Source: Podarcis gaigeae (lineage: Eukaryota). Taken from it: a stretch of 64,000 bases of DNA. A program made the translations under genes and the position numbers. Below the pieces are notes generated by a model that saw only the letters and a program-made list of their open reading frames with translations, had not been told where the DNA came from and did no database searches. Location of the stretch: the NCBI GenBank assembly GCA_964106915.2, contig OZ066918.1; one strand, 5' to 3'. Shown piece by piece: positions 1-11,855 of this stretch (its first letter is position 1; every line of letters begins with the position of its first letter).

Positions 1-3000
1 CTGCTGATCAGGGGCACGGTAGAACTGAAGCTGGTGAGCAGGATAAAGCCAAACCGGATCCCACAACACCAGATCCCATAGAACCAGAACTGGGATCCTC
101 ATTGCCACCTTCCTCAGGGCCCAAAGAACTGAGTACTGCTCACACTGTCTTGCTAGTCCAACAGTGCAGGTAATACATCAGGTGGGAGGCCATGGAGTGT
201 AGGAGAGCTGCTCTTCTGCCTGGAGAGTTGACCCTTTATAAAGCTCTAGTTCCATAACAAAGTGGCAGAGCAAAGGAGGGGTAGGCTGGAGGCAAGAGAC
301 TCAAAAGATCTCTGTCTGCTTCCAACCCCACCAGAGAAAGTTGCTGACTAGGAGCTCTCCTTGGTGCTGTGGGTTCTGCCACAGAACCAGAGCAAGATGT
401 CTCATGCCAAGGGGCACTTTTGGCTTCTCTATCAGTTTTGGCTTCTCAGTTTCCCAGTCTTAAATTCCGTTTCCCAAATTTACATATCAGTTTGCTAACA
501 ATAGCAGCAGCAGCAGCAACAACAACTCCAGAAGATTCATCAGACTTTCAATTCACTTTTCTCTTAATATACACAGTTGCATATTCAGTTTTGTCTCATA
601 TAAACATTTTTGCAAGCAACGTTCTCTAACATAATACCGTTTTGCATGTTATTTTCAGTAATAGATGGGTTTTTATGCACACACCTTTTTGCACACATTC
701 GGGGGGTTGGTGAACTGCATCGCAATATTCAGAGAAGTGTAAATTTCAAAGGATATCAATGTTTCTGTGTATGCAATGTTTCAAGAAATGAGAATTAGGT
801 AGTCAAACCAGAATCCTCCCTACTCCCAAATAAGCACTCCCGAGTTATACTTCACACAGCAGGCTGGAATAGTTTCTTGCAAGTAGTTCCAGGCCAGGTC
901 TGCTGGCAGTGGACTGATGTGCTCAAAATAGCATCCATGTGTTTCATCAGCCTCCCTAATCTTTTAATGCAGGCATATCTCACATGGCACCTTCTATATA
1001 TTGTCAGACCAACATGATCATTGGCCAGAACAGCAGAAGCAGCTGGAAAGAGAGGAGATGAGTTCAGGGATGGTTTTTAAAAATAATTTAATAAGTTGCT
1101 TTTCTCCATTTGATCCTTTTACTTGGTTTGTATGCATTGTGGTCATTTATGCAATGTGACTTGCTGTTATTTTTATTGATTATAGTTTAGTAATTATTCA
1201 TTGTAATTACTGAGACTGAAATTCTGTTTAATTATTATCTGCTGATATTTAATTGTATTGTGTACTATTATATTATAATAGATAGTTGAATATTACTTTA
1301 TTTGACATACTCTGTTTATTTTATTGTTATGTTTTTATTATGGCTTTCTGTGTTGGATCAGATTGTTTATTATATTTGTCGTTTCCTCAGCTTGTAAACC
1401 GCCTTGTGCATAGCAATATAGAAAGGTGGTATACAAATTAGAAGTGAAAGGAAAAATGAAAGAAATATGATGGAGTTCAATAACTTCTAGAGGGCCTCCA
1501 GTTTTGACCAACTTTTCCAGGTTCTTTCTCTGCTCCCCCAGGAACACTTATTCTTATGCAACAAAAATAGGAACCCCAGAAGAAATGGGAAGCAGAAGTG
1601 TAAAAATAATGGAATGGACAAAATTGTTTTCTGGCATAAGAAGTAAGAGAGACGGCGCATCTGAATTCTGAGTTAGCATTCTCTACATTTCACAAAAGAA
1701 GGACCAGTAGGGTCCAAAATATGCAAGACTTTATTGTCTATCCTCTTGGTTGGTTTGTTTTTTTACTTCCACTTCCAGAAGCTACTGTTGGGGAGAAGGG
1801 CTCACAACCTGGTGGTGTCACAACAAGGGTACGTGTGCTTAAAGCTTATGGGGAGAGAGGGAGGCCATTTTCACACGTCAAGCACCGCTCTAACACAAAG
1901 AAGAATGTGGAGACATACTGAGACCAGAAAGGCCAGCTTGCTGCTTTTTTCTCTTTTTTTAATTGTCTTGGAAAGTGCAGCATTATGGAGCATGCTGGTG
2001 CAGACACTATTCAGAACGCCAGAAGACAAAAGCCAACTCACATGGTTGCCCAAGCCTACATTTACATACTGTGCAGAAGGAGACGTTAAAATCCAAATGG
2101 CCTGTAATAATTAACTCTCATTTAAACATTATGTTGTTTAACCATCACTTGCAATTCTACTCCGCCTGGAAGGGGGCTGGATTGTTGGGATTTTTTTTAA
2201 AAAAAAAATATTTTAAGCATAGTAATAATGGAGCCTACTGGTTCTATATTGTATAATCTTGGTTGTCTCAGGACCAGCCCTTCTATGAATGCTGCATGTT
2301 TTGGGGCCTGCTGGAATGAGAACATTTAATGTCTGCTAATTGTTTCACTTCTAATAATTGCTGTGAACAGTCACCACAGGAGAGAAAAGGGGTTTTTTTT
2401 TTTTGAAGACATAATAGTAGAGAGGGGGAGAGAGAGAGAGAGAGCCTGCCTCTGGCACAGACATATTAACTGAATACTGTTCTGTTCATGCTGTTTAAGC
2501 ACCACAATGGGTGACAAATAGCTATTAACATATAGTTCCTTGTCACTGGAGAAACGAGCACTTTTGGAGGCCAAGGCTGCCTTAGGTGTGAGCAAAATGC
2601 ATTATTTATCACCAATTAATCTTCCTTTTTTTCTTTGTTCACTAGCCTCGTAGACGCAAGAGGGAGGTGGGTGGCATGATATTGCCCTAGACACCCCCAG
2701 GAATGTGAGATGGAGATGAGGAGACTCTCAGGACCACAGTCGTCACCCTCACAGTATTAAATGTGATGGCCAGGGAGAGGGTTCCTTGCCACAGTTGTTA
2801 CATGTACACCTGTCCTGTAAACAAGAGACATTGCACACTGTGGTGGTAGATTTAGAGGGGAACCAGAATTCCTCAGAACAGGTGGAAATTTGATATTTTT
2901 CTTTTCTCGCCTCCCTGCTGGTATCTTGCTGGAATGAAGGTGGTGCAGTTACCCAGAAGCCCTTGGGCTTTGGGCCAGCGACTGAAGCCAAGCTGGCCTT

Positions 3001-3799
3001 CCTTTCACCTCTATTTCTGCAAAGCTGAAGTGGAATTGCCTCTGGGAGGGGAGTCAATATAATAGCCCCGCACCCTCGGATGTGTTTTGGACCACCTCAT
3101 TCCTCATATCTGCAGTGTGACAATAAAAGAATCCAATATAGTCAAGAGCACACGCTCTGTTTGAAAACGCCTCCGATTTGCTTGGTATCCCTCAGTTGAC
3201 AACATACATGCCCCGCATGCAAAAACAGCCTCAGAGACGTTCAAAATGGGGAGGGGGGGAGGTTTTTATTGTGAAAATGCCTTAAGGGAGAATGTCCTCC
3301 AACAATGATTCCAACTCTTGCCGTTGGTAAGCCAACCGCATTGATCTTCCTACCGTCTGCCAAGACTCCATGACTAATGAAGAAGAGAAACATACCACCA
3401 GTGCTGAAAGGTGACTGTGGATGGGAGCCCTGAGGCATAACAAAAGCAGATGGCTTCCTTGGCAAGAGCTTGTTCTTGTCCTCAGCACAGGGATGAGTGG
3501 ATCAAAAGGAAGGCTGTGTGTGCATGTGTGAAATAACAGCTACAGAAGTTCACAGCAAGTTTTATAATCCGAAGGAGGGAGGGAGGGAGGGAGGGAGGGA
3601 GGGAGGAGAGAGAGAGGAGAGAGAGAGATGGCAGAGAGATTTCCCTGCTCTGCATGAAAATTTGTGCTTGGTCATAGAATTGTAGAGTTGGAATGGACCA
3701 CAAGGGTCATTTATTCCAACACCCTGCTCACAACCCTAAGTGAGGCAGTGAATGCCAATTCACCACTGAGCTCAGTTTAAGGATGTTGAGCTCATTGAT

Positions 3800-4570
3800 C
3801 TATAAAGCCCTAAGAGACTTGGGCACCAAATATTTGAAGGAGTGCTTCCTCCCACATTAACCTGCCTGGGTATTAAATTGGCAGAGGAGGCCTTGTTGGC
3901 AGTGTCTCCACTCTCTATGGTTTGAGGGGCAGAGGAGTGCGAAAAGGCCTTCTTTGTGGTGGCCTCCAGATTGTGGATGTGGAATGAGGTGCATCTTGCA
4001 CCATCCCTGTATGTTTTTATTATTATTGAGCAAGACACACCTCTTTATTCGCTGTTTTGAGCTAAAGCTAAAGGACCCCTGAGGGTTAAGTCCAGTTGCA
4101 GACAACTCTGGGGTTGCGGCACTCAACTCGCTTTACAGGCCGAGGGAGCCGGCGTTTGTCTGCAGACAGTTTTTCCGGGTCATGTGGCCAGCATGACTAA
4201 GCCACTTCTGGTGCAATGGAACACCAAAACCAGAGCAGCACATGGAAACGCCATTTACCTTCCCGCCGGAGCAGTACCTATTTATCTACTTGCACTTTTG
4301 GTCTGCTTTCAAACTGCTAGGTTGACAGGAGCTGGGACTGAGCAACAGGAGCTCACCCTGTCACTGGGATTCGAACTGCCGACCTTCTGATTGGCAAGCC
4401 CAAGAGGCTCAGTGGTTTAGTCCACAGCACCACCCTCTTTGGTTGTTCTGTGGTGTTATTTTATTATTCTGATGAAACTTGCACTTGTTCTTAATTGTGG
4501 TGTTTTTGTAGCTCACCTCTGGGACCATTTGAGGAAGGGTGGGTCAGAAGTTCAAACAGGAAATAAATAT
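3800..4570 (+). mobile_element. Degenerate L2 LINE 3' fragment, interrupted by a Sauria SINE
   Basis: TATAAAGCCCTAA and AGGCCTTCTTTGTGGTGGCCTCCAGATTGTGG resemble the L2 ORF2 end seen at 18768. An AT-rich tail resumes after 4436. Boundaries approximate. Confidence 0.5.
4061..4435 (-). mobile_element. Sauria SINE (Squam1)
   Basis: Reverse-complement homologue of the copies at 38192 and 59436 (TTTACCTTCCCGCC..GTACCTATTTATCTACTTGCAC core, GGATTCGAAC B-box-like motif). Confidence 0.9.
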
Positions 4571-4999
4571 GGATGGCTGGATGGATGGATGACAGGACTC
4601 TTGCATATAAGAGCCTTGCCAAGAACCCCACAAATGGACAAAGAAAACATTGCACCCATTTCAGTCGCTCAGCAGAAGCCTGTGCTTGTACTTTTCTTCC
4701 CAAAGACTTGCCATGCCAACAGCTTTCCTGAAATGTGCATACTAAATAGGATGTTCCCAGCAAGGCTGGCTTCGCTTCTCGTCTGAAAGCAACGGTGAGT
4801 GGAGACGTCACAAGGCAATGATGCTGGAGAGACCATTGCTTTCCTTCTGCCGGGTGGACCATGCCAAAACACCTGTCTCTGCTCTTGAAGTCATTTGTAT
4901 CTGTCTCTGAAGAAAGACAGGCAACAGCAACACAAAATTAAGTTAATTCCGATATCCATCTGTTGAGAAGGAGAATAAGTATGGAAGTATAAATATCTA

Positions 5000-5258
5000 C
5001 TGTATTTTTTGCTCTATAAGACTCACTTTTTCCCTCCTAAAAAGTAAGGGGAAATGTGTGTGCGTCTTATGGAGCGAACGCAGGCTGCACAGCTATCACA
5101 GAAGCCAGAACAGCAAGAGGGATCACTGCCTTCGCTGCACAGCGATCCCTCTTGCTGTTCTGGCTTCTGGGATTCAGAATATATTTTTTCTTGTTTTCCT
5201 CCTCCAAAAACTAGGTGTGTCTTATGGTCTGGTGCATCTTATAGGGCGAAAAATACGG
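5000..5258. mobile_element. Tc1/mariner (Tigger/pogo-like) MITE
   Basis: TIRs CTGTATTTTTTGCTCTATAAGA / TCTTATAGGGCGAAAAATACGG, flanked by TA at 4998-4999 and 5259-5260. Confidence 0.85.
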
Positions 5259-5326
5259 TAATCAGTTTTGCTTGTTTTCCATTAAGGAATGAAATATTTG
5301 CCATAGACCTTTGATTATTATGCATT

Positions 5327-5872
5327 ATATGACGGAAATGACTGGCAGAATCCGAGACCAGGGAGAAGAGATGGTGGAAGAAGATTGGAAAAGTTTAAAG
5401 TCTATATATAGAAATACTGTAAAATTAATGAGTGTTAGAAAAATGTTGGAATGAAATTTTATGGCTTTAGTAGAAATGTTATAAGGAGTTAAGCATAAAT
5501 AAGTACTTTAGCATTAATGGAAAATAAGGTTAAAAATATGTTAAGATATTTATATTACAAAAAATAGAGAAAGATGGAAAGGAATTGCTGAAACAATTAA
5601 CAGAAGTGGAATACAAAAAGGGAGGTGAGAGGAGGTTGATGAAACAAGGGAATGAAAGATAGGGCATTGAAATTGTATGATGTATGTTTTTAAACTGTTG
5701 TTGTTTTGTTTTGTTTAGTTTAATGTGTTAAGGTTGCGTTTTGTATTGTTTATATATTGTATTGTATTGTGTTTTTTTCTCTCTTTTGTTTTTTCTTCTG
5801 GTCTTTTTTCTTCTCTTTTTTTCTTGTAAGCTTTAAAAGTAATAAATATTATTATTATTATTATTTAAAAAA
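5327..5872 (+). mobile_element. 5'-truncated L1 LINE (ORF2 end plus 3' UTR)
   Basis: Encodes EMTGRIRDQGEEMVEEDWK, similar to the other L1 C-termini here. Purine tract, T-rich UTR, AATAAA and A tail. 14-bp TSD GATTATTATGCATT at 5313-5326 and 5873-5886. Confidence 0.85.
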
Positions 5873-5937
5873 GATTATTATGCATTTTTATAGGCTTTGC
5901 CTTTTTCCCTGATGGGACTCAAGGTCCCTTACAGATA

Positions 5938-6350
5938 ATGGAAAACGAGCAAGGTCCCAGCTAAAGAAGAGTGGCAACTTCAGTTGACAGAATATGCACA
6001 GCTTGCAGACTTAACGTATAGAATAAGAGAACAAGAAGAACATGTGTTTAGAGAAGATTGGAAAACGTTTATTGAATATATGGGAAATAACTGTGTACAG
6101 GTGAAAAGGCTGGCAGCATTAAAATAAATTTAACAGCGTAAATAAATTATGATGGATGGAATAATGGAATACTGAATGGTATAGTTTATGTAAAATATGC
6201 AGGGATTTATGATATGAAAAATGAACCAAGGAAAGAGAAGAAGGGAAGTCATTGCTATCTTAAGGATGTATAAATGAGTACTTTCATATGTAAAACAGAA
6301 AATTTAATTTGTGTTTCTGTATATATATATATACAGAGAGAGAGAGAGAG
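5938..6350 (+). mobile_element. 5'-truncated L1 LINE (ORF2 C-terminus plus 3' UTR), second subfamily
   Basis: Frame reads WKTSKVPAKEEWQLQLTEYAQLADLTYRIREQEEHVFREDWKTFIEYM...LAALK*, homologous to ORF 59856-60059. Ends in a (TA)n(GA)n tail. Confidence 0.8.
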
Positions 6351-6360
6351 AGAGAGATAA

Positions 6361-6795
6361 GAACCACAAAAATCATTTAAAAAAACTGTTAAACATGGAT
6401 TTAATTAAAAATATTTACATATATAAAATCTACTAAAACCATAGCAATAATCACAACAAAAACAGCATGGCAAAAGCCCTTTCATTGAAAGCGCTCAGTT
6501 CCAAAAGCCTGCTGGAACAAAGAGGGAGCCAGTCTAGTTTCTCTAGGGAGGGAGTTCCAAAGTCTGGGAGCAGCCACCAAGAAGGCCCTCTTCCACGCCC
6601 CTACCAAATGTGCCAAGTGAAGGGCATTCCCTGAAGATCTCAAAACCTGGACAGGCTTGCATGAGGGAATCTGATCTTCCAGAGAGCTTGGACCTAAGCC
6701 ATGTAAGGCTTAACCAGCACTTTGATTTGTGCCCAGAAACACACCAATAGCCAGTGGAGCTGTTATAACAAGAGAGTCATATGCTCCCTATAACC
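6361..6795 (-). mobile_element. L2 LINE 3' fragment (host of the two L1 insertions)
   Basis: GGGAGGGAGTTCCA..GCAGCCACCAAGAAGGCCCTC and ACCAGCACTTTGA match the other L2 copies. Its extreme 3' end lies at about 5887-5937. Confidence 0.7.
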
Positions 6796-7307
6796 ATAAT
6801 AGACCAACAACAAAACAAACAAAAAAACCAGAACAGATACATGTTTATTCTTGCAGATGGGGCAGAAATGCTCCAGCTGATGATAAAGACACAGCTGGAT
6901 AACTCTAGGCAATTCTTAACTGATGAAGTGTAAACATCAATGTTTTCTGTTGATTCTTACAGGCGTTTCTCCCCTCCTGCAGCCATACTCCAGCAGAGCT
7001 TGATGAAAAGCAGCTCCCCACACCTTCCTGACATCTTCCACACTTGCCACCCACCCTCACAGATAAGGAAGGGTATGCTCCAAATGGGTTTTGAAGATGG
7101 ATTGCTACAAGTTCATGAGATGGACCGGAAGAGGAAGGCACGTATTCATCAAAGAGCACAGAGAAACTCAGCTAGTGCAGAATGGAGAGGCTATATTGCT
7201 GATGGGGGCAGATAGCCAAGAGCACGCCACACATCTGCTAAAACGTATGCCCTGGCTGTCCCTATGCCACAGGGCCAGGTTCAAAGCTCTTGTGATTATA
7301 TGCAGTA

Positions 7308-7813
7308 TGTTGTTGTTGTTTAGTCGTTTAGTCGTGTCCGACTCTTCGTGACCCCATGGACCAGAGCACGCCAGGCACTCCTGTCTTCCACTGCCTCCCG
7401 CAGTTTGGTCAAACTCATGCTGGTAGCTTCGAGAACACTATCCAACCATCTCGTCCTCTGTCGTCCCCTTCTCCTTGTGCCCTCCATCTTTCCCAACATC
7501 AGGGTCTTTTCCAGGGAGTCTTCTCTTCTCATGAGGTGGCCAAAGTATTGGAGTCTCAGCTTCAGGATCTGTCCTTCCAGTGAGCACTCAGGGCTGATTT
7601 CCTTAAGAATGGGTAGGTTTGATCTTCTTGCAGCCCATGGGACTCTCAAGAGTCTCCTCCAGCACCATAATTCAAAAGCATCAATTCTTGGCGATCAGCC
7701 TTCTTTATGGTCCAGCTCTCACTTCCATACATCACTACTGGGAAAACCATAGCTTTTCTATACAGACCTTTGTTAGCAGGGTGATGTCTCTACTTTTTAA
7801 GATGCTGTCTAGG
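7308..7813 (-). mobile_element. Bov-B (RTE) LINE, 5'-truncated 3' end
   Basis: ORF 7320-7649 (LKLRLQYFGHLMRREDSLEKTLMLGK...WRALVHGVTKSRTRLND) is the RTE/Bov-B ORF end. (CAA)n tail. TSD ATATGCAGTA at 7298-7307 and 7830-7839. Confidence 0.95.
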
Positions 7814-9631
7814 CATATTCGTAGACAGCATATGCAGTACACCAGTACTTAATGGTATTCTTGTACTCAGTAGAGAAGCATACAAATATTCACTGTGTAA
7901 AACAGTTAATTTTTGCGTTTCTCAAGCCATAGACCTCCTTGGGAGAACAGAGGGTGTAGCATTTTACAAAATAAATCTTTCTTGTGCACCTCTTGAAATG
8001 TGTTGTTCTTCACTGTTCTAGGGTGCTACTTGTTCTTGGCAGCAAATATTTTCTCCATGAGAATTGATTTGTTTTCTCAATGTATCGTGTTGACATTGTC
8101 TAGATAAGGGATTTTGGAGCAGGGTGTTTCAAACAAAAAGAGAAAAAGAAAATATTCAGAGATATTGAAAGTGAATGCAACTTCATATTCCTGCATGGCA
8201 GGGAGTTGAATCAGATTGCCCTCATGATCTCTTCCAGCTCTGTGATTCTACAGGGATTGCTTGACAGCACCCAGAAAAAAATAAAGCAAGAGAATGATTG
8301 GGAACCTTGGGGCATCAAAAACACATTTTTTTGGATCACAAAACTGGGTGTGGCCCAAAATAGATCACATTCTGTGCCGCACCAGAGGGACGGTGTTTGA
8401 TGTGGCAAAGAGGAGACAAGCAGACAAGCAGTGGACATGCAGTGGGCTGCAGGACCATGACTTGTGTCTGTTGCATGTTTGGATAAGTGTTATCTTTTCT
8501 TCACGCTTCATTTTTCTACTTATACAAAAATCAGACAGTAGGTGAAATGGCTCTGGGATTGTTGCACTTCTAGTTAACACGCTACATTGCTAATTGAGTA
8601 GTCAACTCCAGGCAATGGGCTTTGTGGAAGATGTTTTGGCTTAACAGCAGCGGTTCCAGTGGTACAAAATCTCTTTGCAGCCACGGAATTGTTCACATGG
8701 CAAAGACCACAAGGCCATGAAATCCGAGTCCTGGGAAATTATACCAGAGTTTGCAAGACAAGTGAGCTGCAATAATATATAGCAGGTGCCTTCATAAAAA
8801 AGTTAGGTCCACAGGGACAATTCATACTTGCTACTTCTTCCCTGTCCATGTCAGACTTTGGGTAAATGCCATGATGTGCTTTAAAGTGAGCCTGAATTTA
8901 ACACGCTCCGAACTGCAAAGAGGCTGAGTTGGTATTGAGCAAATATCATTGCATATCCCAGCATGCTTGGGCAGTTTTCTTTTGGCCCTCAAAGCAGCAG
9001 CACGGCAGACAGCATTTAACCTTCTAAGATAGTTGGTTTTAAAGGGGGGGGGACTTCACACAGATCTTAGCCAAAGCTCATATTCATAACCTTTTTTTAA
9101 AAAGCACCATATATCTTCATTTCAATCCCCACCCCTTACATTTCAAGTAAGCAGCAATCCCTACCCTACAAGAGTAAACCTGAATTTTGACTTGCCTCGC
9201 ATTAAATGCCACCTTGTTAGATTTGCTGAAGCCATTGCTTTTCAGCCGGCACTGTTTCCTCGCTGTTTAGAGCTTCACTTCCAGATTGTTTCTTTGAAAG
9301 ACTGGATGTTGCAAAAGAACTGCAAATCATCCTTCGGTTGGTCTGACATGAAGTCTCATGCTGTCCCAATTTGTGGGCACATTTCCTCCTCTTCCCTATC
9401 AAGGCTTTATTTTTATTTTATTTTATTTTTTAAAATGCCATGGTGAATATGTGTCATGGGATCCACCCACCCATGATTTCATCTGCTCATTTCTTTCAGG
9501 CTGCTCCAGCAACCTCATGACTGTATTTCAAGCTTTGTCGCTCTGTGGAGACAGCTGCACAAATTGAGCGCTTAAGGAAATACAAACCGTGTCCAAAATA
9601 GACATTAATAGAAAAGGTGAGGAGATTCGTA

Positions 9632-9881
9632 CAATCGTATCTTGGATCTTGAATGCCTTGGTACTTGGACGTTTTGGCTCCCCAGCGCCGCAAACCCAGA
9701 AGTGAGTGTTTCAGTTTGTGAACATTCTTTGGAACCCGAATGTCCGACGGGGCTTCCGCTGCTTCTGATTGGCTGCAGGAGCTTCCTGCAGCCAATCAGA
9801 AGCTGTGCTTTGCTTTCTGAACATTTTGGAAGTCGAACGGACTTCCGGAAAGGATTCCATTCGCCTTCCAAGGTACGACTG
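9632..9881. mobile_element. Tc1/mariner-type MITE with central palindrome
   Basis: TIRs CAATCGTATCTTGGA / TCCAAGGTACGACTG with TA flanks. Perfect 20-bp internal inverted repeat at 9761-9803. Confidence 0.85.
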
Positions 9882-9899
9882 TACAGGATAAATACAACA

Positions 9900-10052
9900 T
9901 ATCCATGTTTAGATTGTGGAAAGGGCTTGTGTCAGAGCAGACACCTCACTTCCCACCAAAGAATTCATACAGGGGGGAAACCGTTTCAGTGTTTGGAGTG
10001 TGGGAAGAGCTTCTGCTGTGATGGTACTTATACTTCCCATCAAGGAATTTAT
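9900..10052 (+). pseudogene. Orphan C2H2 (Kruppel-type) zinc-finger gene fragment, two fingers
   Basis: YPCLDCGKGLCQSRHLTSHQRIH-TGGKP-FQCLECGKSFCCDGTYTSHQGIY. The second finger lacks its last His. The fragment sits between a MITE and a CR1 fragment. Confidence 0.8.
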
Positions 10053-10067
10053 GATAGAATGAAACTA

Positions 10068-10207
10068 TTAAATCCCAATACTGCCTTCTGCGGCATTAAC
10101 CCCTCCCGGTTTGGTGTCATCTGCAAATTTGACAAGCTTCCCTTCAGTTCCATCATCCAAGTCATATATAAAGATGTTTAACAACAATAGGTCCAGGACA
10201 AAACCCC
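10068..10207 (-). mobile_element. CR1 LINE reverse-transcriptase fragment
   Basis: VLDLLLLNIFIYDLDDGTEGKLVKFADDTK contains the CR1 RT catalytic FADD motif. Confidence 0.9.
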
Positions 10208-10211
10208 ACCA

Positions 10212-10345
10212 CATTGGACAGATCAGCCAGTAGAGCATGAGACTCTTAATCTCAGAGTCGTGGATTCGATCCCCACATTGGGCAAAAGATTCCTGCATTG
10301 CAGAGGGTTGGACTAGATAACCCTTGTGGTCCCTTCCAATTCTAC
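10212..10345 (+). mobile_element. tRNA-Lys(CTT)-derived SINE with CR1-type 3' tail
   Basis: GTAGAGCATGAGACTCTTAATCTCAG..GTCGTGG.TTCGA.CCCCAC.TTGGGC matches vertebrate tRNA-Lys. It is followed by GGGTTGGACTAGAT..GGTCCCTTCCAA. Confidence 0.85.
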
Positions 10346-10885
10346 ATGTTAGATTACTGTTATGCCCATATTGCAGAGTAATAGTGGGTGGGCACTGAGA
10401 AGCAGCTTACCTACATAGCTGAGCAGAGATTTGAAGCAGAAACATTCTCCATGTATTAACTTCAATGCTAACTAATTTTTGCAGATTGTTTCTCAACCAG
10501 ACTTGAGCAGCAAAACAAAACAGGAGCAAACGAAGCGCAAGTAAACGAGCCTTGACATCATTCTCTTATTGCCCGTTCCTTGCTGCTTCGGAGGGCCAGC
10601 TGTCCCCTTCTTCCTCCTCTTTTCTGGCACACTCTTCCCCTTGACTTCATCAAAGGTCCCCATGACATTTGTGTCACTGCCCTCGATCAAAGTTGTACCT
10701 ATAGATGCAGCCCCAGCATGGAACCGAAAGCGAAGATGGACCAGATGGTCTGGATATGCCTGGGCTGGAGGAATTACTCATCCAGAAATGAACTTTAATT
10801 GAAAAAGTGCTTAATGCTGGTATGAAGAAGCCTAGCATAATCCGGGGGAACTCAAAGGGGCACTGAGTGCTCTGTTTCAGCGCAC

Positions 10886-10888
<3 letters not shown>

Positions 10889-10928
<40 letters not shown>
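10889..10928. repeat. (GA)n microsatellite
   Basis: Direct observation. Confidence 0.95.
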
Positions 10929-10931
<3 letters not shown>

Positions 10932-11516
10932 CTCTTTTTATTTACATTATCTAGATTGTCACAACAGCCATAAAGATGGTTTCTGGAACTCCTCCAACAC
11001 CTGGAGAAGTGATGAAATAAAAAAGCAACAATAGTTTTGCTTCATTATTCCTTCCAGTAAGGTTAAGAAGAAAAGACCCGTCTTATCTGATAGATCCTTT
11101 TCCATCTAATTGAATTGTCCCCACATCTCGTTAAGGTATGAAATGCATCTTCTTCTTGAGTCTAATCTCCATTAGACATTCTGCCAACAGTGTGGAAGAA
11201 AGAATACACAGCGTGCCAGAGGTAGACAGTCCTGGCAGCCCTAGAGGAGACCGAGGCTCACCTTTGGCTCCGCAGGTCACATTTAAGGTTTGTTGGCAGA
11301 CGTGCAGAGCAATCCGAAATTGCTGGGGGTCAGAGAGTCTATGGCAGAGGACCTGCCAATTCCTCAACGCTGCTGGCTTACGCTATCCAAGGTTTAAGGA
11401 GAGCTGGATTCTCTCTTCAATATTTTCCCCATTCAGCCTTTCCGCTTCTCCCATTTACACTAAAGGAAGAGGAAATAACTACGTAAGCATTGCTTCGATT
11501 TTCCTAAAGAAAATTT

Positions 11517-11855
11517 AGAAAGCCGGTGTGGTGTAGTGGATAGAGCAGGCTTCCTCAACCTCGGGCCTCCAGATGTTTTTGGCCTACAACTCCCACGATC
11601 CCTAGCTAGCAGGACCAGTGGTCAAGGATGATGGGAATTGTAGTCTCAAAACAACTGGAGGGCTGAGTTTAAGGAAGCTTGGGTTAGAGTTTCAGGCTAG
11701 GACCTGGGAGACCAGGGTTCAAATCCCTACTCGACAATGAAGCTGGCTGGGTGACCTTGGGCCTGTCCCTGCCTCTCAGCCTAACCTACCTCACAAAGAG
11801 GAAACATGCACACCACTTTGAGTTCTTGGAGGAAAAGGTAGGGTAAAAATGCAAT
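11517..11855 (+). mobile_element. Squam3/MIR-like tRNA SINE interrupted by a hAT MITE
   Basis: AGCCGGTGTGGTGTAGTGG head, GGTTCAAATCC B box and GGGTGACCTTGGGC..CTCAGCCTAACCTACCTCACA core. Confidence 0.75.
11546..11681. mobile_element. hAT MITE (ACTACAACTCCCA family)
   Basis: TIRs CAGGCTTCCT / AGGAAGCTTG. 8-bp TSD GGATAGAG / GGTTAGAG. Confidence 0.85.

Noticed and set aside
1-385. Pro/Glu-rich open frame with a donor-like site at 170, or the right part of an LTR (TATAAA near 237, CCACA near 383)
   Set aside because: The left boundary is outside the window, so no TSD or homology can be tested.
7320-7752. Long ORFs on both strands (also 63177-63705)
   Set aside because: They are Bov-B ORF ends and their antisense shadows, not host genes.
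9642-10181. 179-aa ORF with zinc fingers as a functional CDS
   Set aside because: It starts inside a MITE, ends in antisense CR1, and the second finger is defective.
10212-10285. tRNA-Lys gene (also tRNA-Asn at 12895 and tRNA-Lys at 53972)
   Set aside because: The stems are mutated or truncated and are fused to LINE-type sequence, so these are SINE heads.
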